Source of the DNA: Oopsacas minuta | Lineage: Eukaryota > Animalia > Porifera | Length of the DNA: 64,000 bases | Direction of reading: 5' to 3' | Assembly (NCBI GenBank): GCA_024704765.1 | Contig: JAKMXF010000028.1 | Location: 1-64,000, forward strand | Shown here: in pieces, positions 10,501-22,389 of the stretch | How the letters are laid out: every line of letters starts with the position of its first letter | Numbering within the stretch: position 1 is the stretch's first letter | Program-made: the position numbers and the translations under genes | The notes under the pieces: model-generated | Databases searched by the model: none | Told to the model about the DNA's origin: nothing | What the model saw: only the letters and a program-made list of their open reading frames with translations

Positions 10501-13500
10501 ATTAATTCCATTAACCAATCCAGTTCTACAAACAGCAGAGGCAAGCAAGCGATCTGCACATATTCCCAGGAAATGTATTATCATTTTTACTAGGTATCAG
10601 ATGGATGTGGAATTTTAAACCTCCTGAGATGCTGATTTCAACCAGGGTTTCATCCAGCTTTCTGAACCATATGCCTGAATGTTCCCCACATCTTTACGCG
10701 CCTAGATTTATCTTTGCTGCGCCTGTAGGCTCGCCGCATACGCCTATATGAAACCTGAATTCAACATTCCAGGGCATTAATATAGACTAGGCTACATCAG
10801 TTGCCACCTTTGTTTAAAACACACATCCGTTTCTCCATTCTTTGTTCGTTATACGGTATTGATTAATCATATAAAATTTGGATTGGACCCCAATAGATAT
10901 CGTGGTACTGTTATTAATCTTTGTAAATATGCTGCTTTCTAGTACTTTGTGTCCGATATGACTGTCACACTAAAATTGGTCCGAGCCAAAAAGGTCCAGG
11001 ACCGGTTTTGGTCTGATAAAATTCTTCTAGGTAACAATTTTTGACCTATCTAGAGTCAATATTCCATGATCCAGTGAATCGTAACTAGCTTCTAGAGTTG
11101 TCTATACACATTTTTCATAGATTACCGTAGAAAGATAGCCCCCTGCATGCTCTATCAGTGTCTCTTTACTTGTTTTTGTAGAAGTTCATATAGTTATTGA
11201 TGAATTGTCCCACCAACTTTTATAAGAAGTCTAGGCGGTAGGCCGGAGTAATTTTCGTTAGGTAGTACCATTTTTGGCCGGGGACAATTATTTCGTGAAA
11301 TGGCAGCATGGTACGTAAGACATACTAATTTGTTTCCCAAGGGAGTACGTCATATCCGAGTTCTACTCTACGTACTAACCAAATACTTCTTCGTAATTGT
11401 GTCTCACCAGTAGCGGCTGGCTAGCTCCGCCACTGTTTTCAGCATACTGTTTCATGATAAACGTATAATATACGATTAACTGAATAGAGAAGATATATCC
11501 GTTTGTATTTTAACCATTTCTAACCAATATTGGTAGACACTAAGGTAAAGGTGCTAAACGAACAATATATAGACGAATTCTCGTGATAGTTCCCGAAACT
11601 CTCTTTGACATGTCTGTCATTAGAATACTCCCAGAAATAGATATAGCATGGTTAGTTGGTTACTCATAACTTATATGATCTTTAGAAAATATTGTGAGAA
11701 AACAAGATAGGAAGATCAGCTGTTACACTTTGTAGTAAGTAATACAATATTACAATATAATATAAAAGATGTAAACTATGCATAGTTAAGGGGAAATTAG
11801 GAAGAAGATGACGAACTGATTCAAGGACACAGAACAATAACCTCATTAGATATTAAATTTACATCTTTAGCTCGAAAAATATCAGAGATGAAGGAATTAA
11901 ATGAGAGGTCTCAGTTCAAGCAGTGAATTATGTCACTATCTTGTTCCGTAACATAAATGCGTTTCTTATCAATAGAAACAACAATACCTAATAGATAGTC
12001 ACATTCTAATTCTTTCTTTCCGTTAACCGCGACAGAATGCAATAACTCCCTTCTTATAGAATATACATTCAGAAACAGCTATCATACTAAGTTACTTATA
12101 TTTTCCTGTCCGATACATATACCAACTGGGCTACACCTTTCTTATCGAAAAATAAAAAATCATAAGAACTATTAAATGTACAATTTTTGTATCTTAACTC
12201 ACCCAAATACTGTTATTTGTATTAGTTCAGGCCCTGGCATATGCTCCGGCTCACATTCTTTGAGGCAGTTGCGTAACAGGCCCCTATAGGGCCTGGAGGC
12301 GCGATAAGCTGGGGGCCCTTTGAGGAGGGAAAATTCAATGAAATCAAAGCTTATTTTATTAGCCTAGGTCAGGGGGTTTTCAATCTGGAGGTCGCGGCGT
12401 CGCGGACTGTTTAGATATTTCATAACATTTAAAAATTTACTGATAGATAGAAATTGTTCAAATTGTCCATTTTTAACTGATTGTAAAATATTTTCGCGTT
12501 TTGCGTGAACATTCCTTGCATCCTTGGCAGTGTCCGATCCAGAAATTGATGGTGTGGGGATAATTATCCAGCTGGGGGTCTGTGGGGCGCTGTAAGCTCC
12601 CCAGTGGGGTCCGGAGGTGAACCCCCTGGACGCAAGCCCCAGTTACCACAACATTATTTGCCTTTCTACTGTTAGGTAACTTCGAATCTCCATTTTTTTT
12701 CCCTTAACTGCGTGATACACATTTGGCATGGAAAGTTTTCGATTGACAATTTAAGTACATCGCATAATTGTGTATATAATATGTTGTATACATTTACACA
12801 AGGAAATATTCAATAAATTGCTACATATAAGTTTTGTTTCAACTTGGACTAACGTTTCATTAGTAACATATATGTTATCTTGCTCATAATAGATGTGCAT
12901 ACCAACCATTACAGTTCACGAAACTTCCGTCCGTAGATTTGGTTGGCAGCATAGCTACGTTTCCATCTCCTACTTATGTGAAACAGGTTGCTCCAGTCCT
13001 TACAATTAAAATGAGGTTAGTCTTTAATAATTAAAATGAGGATAAGCTCTAATAAAATAAAATGTTGAGCCGAAAGCCTGGCACTGCTGCTCGGCCTCTG
13101 GGTCATGTTTCTTACCAATGACAAAAGTATTAGTCGTTAAAACCAAAATTATTGGTATTATTCAAAGTATAAGCCAAAGGTGCAAAAATGTGAGAGTAAT
13201 CATTTTTATTCTAGGTAAGGAAGTAGGCTTCACAGCCCTGAACAATGCCGCTCAATACGGTCAACTAGAGGCAGTTAAAGTGTTGGTTGATAACGGAGCT
13301 TCGCTCTCTCAAGAAAATATGACTAACACAGCTCTACACTCAGCTGTCTATGGAGGTCAAGCTGAAATCACCAAGTATGTAGCACTACGTAAGTATTTTA
13401 GCCTGGCATTGAATAGGTATAATATAACCTGCTCTGTATCAGAAACGATATACACAGCCCAATATAGCAAGTAGAAAATAGTGTTTAGGCAAGGGGATCG

Positions 13501-16500
13501 GTTATTAGTAGTAAATGGAATATCTGTCGACTAAGTGGGAAATTACGGTTGGTTTCTACACACACCAATCTGTACCAGTTACTACCAGGAGTAACTTTTT
13601 GTACAGGTCCTATAGGGAGATACCATAATGACATAGACAATGTGCTGCGTTCATCCATCCATCCGCGCAGCAGTGCAAATCGAAGTAGCACATACAGGGG
13701 TGGAGATTTGCACGTCGGGTATGAATTTGTATGCGATTTCATCTTTTGTTAATTAATCATATTATTCACACCATTTATAATTTGGTCACATGATCATGTT
13801 TAGAAATATTTCTCCTTGGCAACGCAGGAATGTGCTACATTCCATTCTGAAAAATGGTCGGAATATGTCAACTGACCCATCAAATTGCTGGAAATTGATG
13901 CAGAGTACAAATCTGATGGTTGAAAGTTGATTCGATAAGATTTGAATAGGTTATCTTCTAGGGTATGTGTCCGCGAATTCGCAGACAGCAGATATTTAAG
14001 ATTATCTTTGAAGGTCAATACGTCATATTTCAGCTCGTGAACAGTGATTTTAGATTCAGCAGGTTCAGATTAGCCTAAAACACTTATTCCCAACAATTTA
14101 CAACACAAATGCCTTAACATCTCTAAATTTCAATAAATGGAACCAGACTATATGTAAAATCAAAGTTCGAAACCGATCGAACCGAATATCAGTATTCATG
14201 AATAGTGGCTTAACCGAATATTGTAATATTTGATTGCAACCTTTGAGTTTCACGTGTTTTGAGTGATCATTTGGTGCGTGGAGTATAATTCTGAGACTTC
14301 AGGACATAGATACACAAACACACTTATCTATCATATGATTAACTTGCTTGCCAGCTATCCCTGTTTTGGCGGGGCGTCCTTACGGTGTAGTTATGTTCCG
14401 ATAAATCGTGCTAAATAGTTGAATTGTCTCGCTTTTGTTGAATAGTCTAATACTAATATGCTATGTCCCGCTATAATTGTATCTTCCGTCCCGCTTTTCT
14501 CTTCACTTTGATTTGCCAGTATGGACTAATTACTAATTGATCGTATTTTCACATCCTTTTGTATATGTTACAACTATGATGCTGAACAACTAGTCGATTA
14601 ATTAACTCTTTCGTGTTTGTCTTCGACTTACGCTATAGTACTTCTGAAACTATATTGATCATATATATACGTATATAGCAAATTTATGTGCCATCATAGA
14701 TTATATTTATTGGTTCGGGGAATACGTTTTGAAACCAATTGGCTCTCTCTTTTAGATACTTTCTGAAAGACTGTGAAATGAATCCTGATATACTCAACAA
14801 TGCGAAAAGGCCTCCTCTGTTCCAAGCTATATCAGAGAACCATCCAGATTGTCTCAAACTTCTGCTAGAACATAACGCTACCCTGACAACACCAGTGGAC
14901 ACTAAGAATTCCACACCACTCCATCTCGCAGTAGAGAAGGGCGAAACGCAACTTGTAAAACTTCTCCTAGACCACGGTGCGCGTCCTGAAGAGTCTAACA
15001 CGGATGGAATAACTCCACTCATTTTAACTACAAAGGAAGACCATGCTTCGCTTATTCCTCTGTTGATGTCCTACGGAATTGCTTTAGCTAAAGTCGATAA
15101 TAGTAAAAACACAGTATTCCATCATGCTGCTATTAACGGAGCTACAAATTGCGTGGATTATCTTGTTAAACGTATGCAGAAAATGTCAGGTGTGACACAA
15201 ACATTTCAAATTTACAAAAATAAGAATTCTGACAACAAAACTGCATTTGATATTGCATTGGAGAAGCATCAAGAATCCGTTCTCGCGACTTTTATCAAAT
15301 ATGCACCTGAAAATTTTTTTACTGAAAATTCAAAATGTCTCCATCAAATGTATGAAAAGAAAATGTATGCTACAATGAAGGCAATATTCGATACAATGGC
15401 TAAAAGAGACACATTTGCTTCTGATGACGACGACGACGACGAAATGACAGTGACAGTTGAATTCTTAGATTCCAATGAATTAGGTCAGTATCCAAGGGAT
15501 AAAGGATACAATCATATGATACCATCTCTACTTCACAAAATGTTGAACTGTCCCGAAGTAACGCTGAAATATCATCCAATAGTAAACATCGTCGTAAACA
15601 AGAAATTGGTTATCTACCGTTGGTGGTATATTCTGTCGTTTATTTTCTTTATATTCTTCTTACTGAGTTTGGGTTACGCACTGATACAAGCTTCGTATGT
15701 ATGTGATGATCAACTACTTCAGTATACAGACCCGTATAATATTGTTAGACTCTGCTGTGAGATATTCTGTATTCTTTGTTGGATGCTATTCTTCGTGGAT
15801 GAGTTAATAGAGTTTATAATTGAGTGGGTACAGAAGAGACATGAGCGTAGAAATAGCAAGGACACAATGGAGACTATAAGGATATCTAAATCTGAAGGTA
15901 CTGGTGCGTTCAAAGTACTGTTTAAATGCTTCCAAAAAGTTAGTAATTATTCGAAACTTTTTGAATCTTTCGATCGGCTTCTGTTCTATTTCCCGAGTGC
16001 TGTATTTGAATATATTTTCGGGTTTAACATTGTTGATTTCGCTGCACTAGTTTGTTTTGTTATCTTGGTTGCGTTACGGATTGCTGGTTCGTATATTCAA
16101 TGGACTTTTGCTTCTTTTACATTTATTCTATTCGCTCTTCGACTTTTTAAATACACACGTATTATCCCTTCACTAGGCGCATATGTACGTAGCGTATTCC
16201 GCGTATTCGTGCGTGATATTCCGCGATTTATCGTCATTGTCCTTATTCTAAGTATCTCCTATCTTGGCGGTATACACCTTGCTGCACGTCAGCAGCCTCA
16301 ATTTTCCTCAATGCAAACCGTTTCACTTAACCAGGAAGTGTGCACTAATCGTAGCTTCTCTCAATTATTATGGTTCAATGATGCAAAAACTTTAAACTAT
16401 GATTTGAGAAAACCTATAATTTCCAGTATAATATTCTTGTTGGATGGAGGACCTGGCAATGTGGAGGATGACCTGCTGAATGTTAACATAGTCTTTGTAA

Positions 16501-17042
16501 TTCTCTACATTATTTTCGCATTTTCGATTATCGTCGTTTTACTGAATATTTTGATTGCTCAGCTATCAGAAACTTACAGCGAGATTATCAAAACTAATGA
16601 GTTTCATTATAAGATGGAGTTAGTTGTGAATTTAGAGTTGAAATCGAATCTAGCATTTATCACAGGAAAATTCCTCCGGAAATACAATACAATTAATAAG
16701 CTAGAAATTCCTGTAAGTATTTGGGAAAATCTGAAGACTACCTGTCCAGGGAAAAGCATGGAGCAACAAGTGGATGAGATTAACGATAAACTTAGGAGCA
16801 GTGAGATGATTATTAAGGAAGAAGCACTTAAAGCTATTCACAATCAGGAATGGATTCAGGGTAAAATTTCAACGATTTGTGATTTTATATCCGATTCGAG
16901 TGATAAGAGTGCTCAATTTGGGAAAGGTTCTTCCAGTGACCCTATGACTTTTGCAAGAATAAGCGTCGTTGAGAATAAAATGAATTCTCTCGAGAAAAAG
17001 ATTGATAGAATTTTGACTGCAATACAGGCGAAATCCGAATGA
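4542..17042 (+). CDS. TRPA-like ankyrin-repeat cation channel, 6 exons (4542-4843, 6194-6399, 6837-7177, 9048-9291, 13215-13374, 14756-17042), 1179 aa
   Basis: All five introns are GT-AG with matching phases (2,1,0,1,2); exons sum to 3540 nt. Ankyrin repeats in exons 2-6 (ILHLAANKG, TAVHYAARLN, TPLKISAKRG, TALNNAAQYG, TPLHLAVEKG), six TM helices, S6 LLNILIAQLSETY, C-terminal coiled coil. Confidence 0.88.
8601..9020. repeat. 30-bp minisatellite, 14 copies, in intron 3 of the TRPA-like gene
   Basis: Unit GTCAGGAT(G/A)TACTGTAGTCA(A/G)CTGAGTATT repeated head to tail without spacers. Confidence 0.97.
9817..10223. mobile_element. Probable degraded hAT-type MITE
   Basis: Begins CAGGGGCGGCGCCAGC, ends CAGCCCCGCCCTG; flanking 8-mers only half match. 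Confidence 0.4.
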
Positions 17043-17959
17043 AATATCTTATATCTATTTATTTATTTATTTATTTATTTGCTAAGATAATTCTATTCTA
17101 ACGATTCCACTTGAATGCTAGGTAAAATGCGAAATTTCCTATTTATCATTTATCTTATATAACTCTATTTATCGAAAATTTATCTTATATTGTAGTTATT
17201 GATTAACATATTTTCATTGCTGTGTCTCTGGATAGCTAGGAGAGTGCTGGGTTGTTTAATAAGTAATGAGACTAAATTGTATAAATTTAGAACTAAACCC
17301 CTAAACCTATAATATAATTAGGGACATCGCCACGGGAGGCATAGGGGCAATGCCCCTGGCAAAATCTCGTGCCCTGGGCATGCCACCGGACCCCTTGGCT
17401 TAAATTGCAAACTGGAAACGATATATAGAGTTAAAGGGGAATATTTCGAAAGATTTGACACGGATTATATTCAGAGACGTCGCTAGGATTTTTCACCTAG
17501 GGGGGGCACGAAGTTACCAAGAGGCAGGACGATGGGTAAGGTGTTTCGTGAGTTTAGCAGGAGCATGCCCAGTGTCGGATCAATGAATTTTAGTTGGGTA
17601 TAACCATGGTTCAAGAGCCAAATAATTGAAATAACGTTAGGTCTGCAATTGCCCAAGAAAGTTGTTTTCTGGTCGAGTAATGATGTGTAGCTCAGAGAAT
17701 ATTTGGGAGGTCGCTAGTCACATATGCACGACGCCACTGCAGGTGGAGGTCTGGGGTGCTGTAGGTCTTCCAGTAGTGACGAGGCGTAGCCCTTGAACAA
17801 TAAGCTATATTAGCTACTACATTAATTACCTTTGTACTGCCACGTATGTTGGAATTTTGAAACAATTTCTCATAATTGCGTAATACACATTTGGTTTGAT
17901 TATTTTCCGATTACGCGATTGGCTTTGGCTTTACGTATATGAATAAGATGGATATATTT

Positions 17960-18860
17960 CAGGGTTCTCCACTGGTAGCTTTTCTAGCACAGCGGCATCG
18001 AATTCTTTATAGGTACTTATTTCCCTCTCCAGCCGTTTGAAATCATCAAATCTCTTCCCTCGAAGAGGGCTCTTCATCTGTCTGAATAACAGTAGCCGCT
18101 GGAAGCCAGATCTGGACTATAAAGTGGGTGAGGGAGGCATTCGAAACCTAAGTAGTGAATAGCATCCATTGTTTTGGAGCTTGCATAGGGCCTTGCGTTG
18201 TCATGTTGGAGTAGCACGCCACGTGTCAATTTGCCTCGCCTCTCACGCTTAATAGCTTTGCGCAATTCCTTCAATTCTTCGATGTAGTAATCACTGTTGA
18301 TGGTGGTCTTCTCTGGTAACCAATCAAGAAGTAGAATTCCTTTCATATCCCAGTATCCATTCTCTTTTCAGCTGATGGTGCGGCCTTCACCTTCATAGGT
18401 ACAGGATCATGCGCCTTTTCCATTGTTTCGATAGACTTTTATTCTCTGGTTCATAATAAGAAACCAAGACTCACCACCTGCTACGATACTATCCAAAAAG
18501 TTACTATCTGACTTGCACAGTGGCAATATTTTCTTGTTAACTTTAACTCCCAAATGGTTATTCATCTATCCTCATCCAATATCCTTTGAACTAAGTCAAT
18601 ATAAAGGCGATTCCTTGAAGAGGTCGGACACCTGGACGGACATCATAATGGAGGTCCTCATCGCCATTAATTGGCCATTTTCAAATCCTTCGATCCACCT
18701 GTATATGGTAGCTTTTGAAGGACATTCACCGCCAAATACATCCTGCATTTCTTTAAGAATATGGGAGCCAGTATTCCCTTTTTTTCCACAGGTACCAAGT
18801 AATTTGAGGTTTTCCTTCCACGCTAAATTCCAATACGTACTTGAAAAAGTACTCAACACA
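17960..18860 (-). pseudogene. Degraded mariner (Tc1/mariner DDD) transposase
   Basis: Broken frames give PSKATIYRW (HTH), LLQHDNARPY, PHPLYSPDLASSGY and LRGKRFDD; frameshifts between pieces. Confidence 0.88.
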
Positions 18861-18961
18861 ATTGAAGCTAAAATAGGAGGTATTAAAAAGTCGAGTGTGC
18901 TGCTCACAGAATGATAGGAGTGACCCGGGCTGCAAATCGTCATACATGGGCGGATCCTAGA

Positions 18962-19397
18962 TTTTTTATTGCAGCTCCTATAGGGAGGTGCACTAATTGC
19001 ATGGACGAGGTGCAACGTCCGTCCGTCCGTCCCCGTGGCCGTGCGAAATCTAGCAGTCCAATTAACAAATTGGCATACATAGACATTTTGGTGCACCGTG
19101 CACCTCGGGGTATGAATTTTTCTAGAGTGAATACTTCACACCTTTTTATGTATAATACAAAAGCAAGCTAGAGATTAGGTTTCAACATGTTGTCAGGGGT
19201 AATTGGGTGCGTAGAGTCTGATTTTGAGAATTCAGAGCTCGAAAGTAACTAATTCACAAATCTATCATATGATTAATCATATTTTCACACCCTTTTGAAA
19301 TATTTCAAAATTATGCTAGAGATTTCATTTTAACTGCTAGTCAGGGGTAACCGAGTATGTAAATTCAAATCTATATCTACATGATTTATCATATAAC
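18962..19397 (+). mobile_element. DINE-1/Helentron-like non-autonomous element
   Basis: T-run, imperfect palindrome GCAGCTCCTATAGGGAGGTGC, then (GTCC)n microsatellite. Related pieces at ~26330-26510 (minus), ~61130-61330, ~63250-63600 and ~63870-63920 (minus). Confidence 0.45.
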
Positions 19398-20181
19398 TAG
19401 CGCGCTTCGCTTTCTAGATGGCTGCGCGACAGAAAATACTCAGTACTATGTGCCTTGATTTCACCGAATAGTTAATATTGTATTATCCATGGCCCATCTA
19501 AATTGCATTCAATGGCCTTCTGTGGTGACACTGGTGATGCTATTGTCGCTTTTTGTTAATAATCTCTCCTTTGTGCCTCGGGTATTAAGAAATTTGAAAT
19601 TTTTGATTTATGTATAGTCATGATGTAATAATCCCATGATGAATTAGCTTTTGGTCAGAACCATGACGTCAAGACATTTGTCACATTGAGGGGTAATTGT
19701 GATTCAAATTTCAAACTTGTATCATTTATATTGGCTGAGCAGTGGTTAATAAAGTGATTTTCTAAATATCCAAAATGTGACAATGATATCATAATTTCTC
19801 ATATCTGTGAAATTCGTCCTCTCTCTCTCTCTCTAATATATATATATGTTTGTATGTTCAGAATTTTTACCATACAGGCGTATTTTGGGCCTGGCTCGGA
19901 CAAGTTTGATTCTTGGACGAAATCCACACCTATGATGAAATTATTACCCTTTTTGATTCTCGAAGTATCACATTATTAGCCACGGCTCAGCCAATATTCT
20001 TGATAGAAGCTTGAAGATTATCACAGTGAGCCCTCATGTGCCAAAAGTTAACCTCATCCCGTCACGTAGCGACTCAAAAGCACTGACTAATGTAGCTATT
20101 CATTCTTATGCTAAAACAAGGGACAAAGCTTAAGGATACTTCCGACCCTTCGCGTAGTGACCTAGCAAGTAAAGCGCGCTA
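19398..20181 (+). mobile_element. ~780-bp non-autonomous element with ~33-bp GC-rich imperfect inverted ends (family X)
   Basis: Left end TAGCGCGCTTCGCTTTCTAGATGGCTGCGCGA; right end TCGCGTAGTGACCTAGCAAGTAAAGCGCGCTA; interior shared with other copies in the window. Confidence 0.6.
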
Positions 20182-22389
20182 CTAAATATACTTTCCAGAT
20201 GTTTCCGTTGGTGAGGAATTTATTGAGACCTCTTAGAAAGTTCTCACAGCAGTTTTTCATATCGTTTAGGCCTTTAATAATTTTTTATTCAATGACTTAT
20301 GTATTTTACGAAAATAACCTCTACATACTAAATAATCTCAATACTTAATTCTACCTAAGTTCATGAACAACATAATACTATAAGTGAATGTCTCTAATCT
20401 TCAATATAAGATAGGTCGGAAGCATAACATAATGGATAATCCCCAGATAAACTACTATATAGCAGTGGCGGATTTAGATGGGGGGGGGGCACAGGGGGCA
20501 CGTACCCCCCCCTTGAAAAAATACACTTAGAAGTGGAGGAAGGAGACTCACACCGGACGCGATGTAATATCTAGTACGGGATTTTGTATACCTGCAAAAT
20601 ATATCACATGTGTGCATCTAGGGGACATTATGTCCTTTGAGACTACATATGAGACATAAACCTATTACATTGTATTCATAAAGTTTATGTTCATACAGTT
20701 GAAATCGGATTTTTTGTCTATCTGAGGGGTCAAGAATTGAAAAAATGTTCGACTTATTTTGTCCTACACTGACTGGGTTAGTACATTCCCTAAATTAATA
20801 GCAAATAATACAGACTTTGTTATTATTGTTATTTGGTGATATTAGCTGTCAAGAATAATCTTGTTTACCAGTATTTAGCATAACGGGTTATATATTGTCT
20901 ATCGGGTTATTTTATCGTTTTGGCAGTGCAATCGAATAGACAAAATAACCCAATTAAACTGTATGTACTTGACAAAATTTACGCCTTTTGAATTGTTATG
21001 CTCCTTATGGCTACGGTCAGTGGCTCCTCTGTAGCTGTAATTATTCGGTTCTCTAATCGTCAACCAAAATACGAGTGCTTTGTGTACAATACAGTTAGCC
21101 CTCTCTAATTGTCCACTTCGGACCCTTGCCCACTGGTGGACAATTAGAGAGGACCCACATTATTAGATTTATTTTCCAATACCATTGTCAATTAACTAAT
21201 ATTTGTTAGCATGGGCGCATCTAGGTGGTTGTATTTGGTCCATGCTTTATGTTATCCCAGGGCAATAGTCAACAACCTCTGGGTTACTGAGAAAGATAAT
21301 AACATCTGTATTATTTAGGTTCCAGCAACCCAAAAGGTGAAATTCAGGTTCAGCGTACTTAGTTACCCCTGTGTAGCAGTTTAGAGCAAGCCTGTATGTA
21401 TATTTTGAAATTTGGCTAATTTGTTTACTTTTTATTCATAACAACAAGAAATATATTTACATATGATTAATTCAAAAGTGTGAAAATCGGATTCCGCATA
21501 TTCAATATATTTTAGTCAATTTTATTTAATTCTATTTACTTTCTTGATTACACGATAAATACAGTTATCAGAATTGCGAAATTCGAATTGAATAGATAGT
21601 TTCAGATCATCAATGAAGCAAAATTGATTCATTTTTCATAGTTTGTGCTGATATTGAATGGAATGTATACCTATATGTTGATTAATATTAAGTAATTCAT
21701 TTTGAATATTATTCGAGCCTCGACTAATTGCCTTTCCTATCAAAGTTTATTTCCAATAAAATTTACTCTACAAAACTGTGTATATACGTATTTTCAACCC
21801 AGTGATGTAAACAACAAAACAAAACACACATCTTAACCTGAGCGAGAATTATCTAATTGAGGATGAATAGCTCACATGTGTCTTGAATTATCAGATTGTG
21901 CGTTGAAGCTGTGGGGAGAGAATTTTTATGACTAGCGTTTGGCTCTCAGGCCAATCCACAAGCCACAGAATAGTAATTTCATGTTATTTGATACCAAATA
22001 TCAATTGGTGAATGAGTAGGCGAAATGTCACGAATTTTAAATTAGTAAACGAATTGAGAGCAGGTGAAATCGGAACAATTCTTGTTAGTACAGGAAAATG
22101 ATTTGTTTCGATGTAAATATAATTATATGAATAGAAATAATAACTGAAATAACTGAAGGAAAAATATTCAACTCTTACAGTAAATGGGGCTACATTGGCC
22201 CACTGGATTTGCTTTAGTTTAGGACAAAAATTGCGTTTTTTTTAAGAAATTTCGAAATGATTCAGATTAAAATTTAAAATGACTTTGCAAATTCTAATCA
22301 TATTTCAAGAAAAATACAATATTTTGGTTAAAGAAAAACCCAGTGGTCCAAAGAGCCACATTTTACGGTATTTATACAGAAAAATTCGC

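Noticed and set aside
11407-11434. CAGTAGCGG...CCGCCACTG mini inverted repeat as a regulatory hairpin
   Set aside because: It looks like the two ends of a deleted hAT MITE; no TSD and nothing else supports a function.
14739-17042. 767-aa ORF as a complete gene
   Set aside because: Its start is not ATG; a TTTTAG acceptor at 14754-14755 joins it in phase to upstream ankyrin exons.
21100-21152. 17-bp perfect hairpin as a terminator or ncRNA
   Set aside because: It follows TA-CAGTTAGCC and matches the internally palindromic ends of the Tc1/pogo-type MITEs common in this window.
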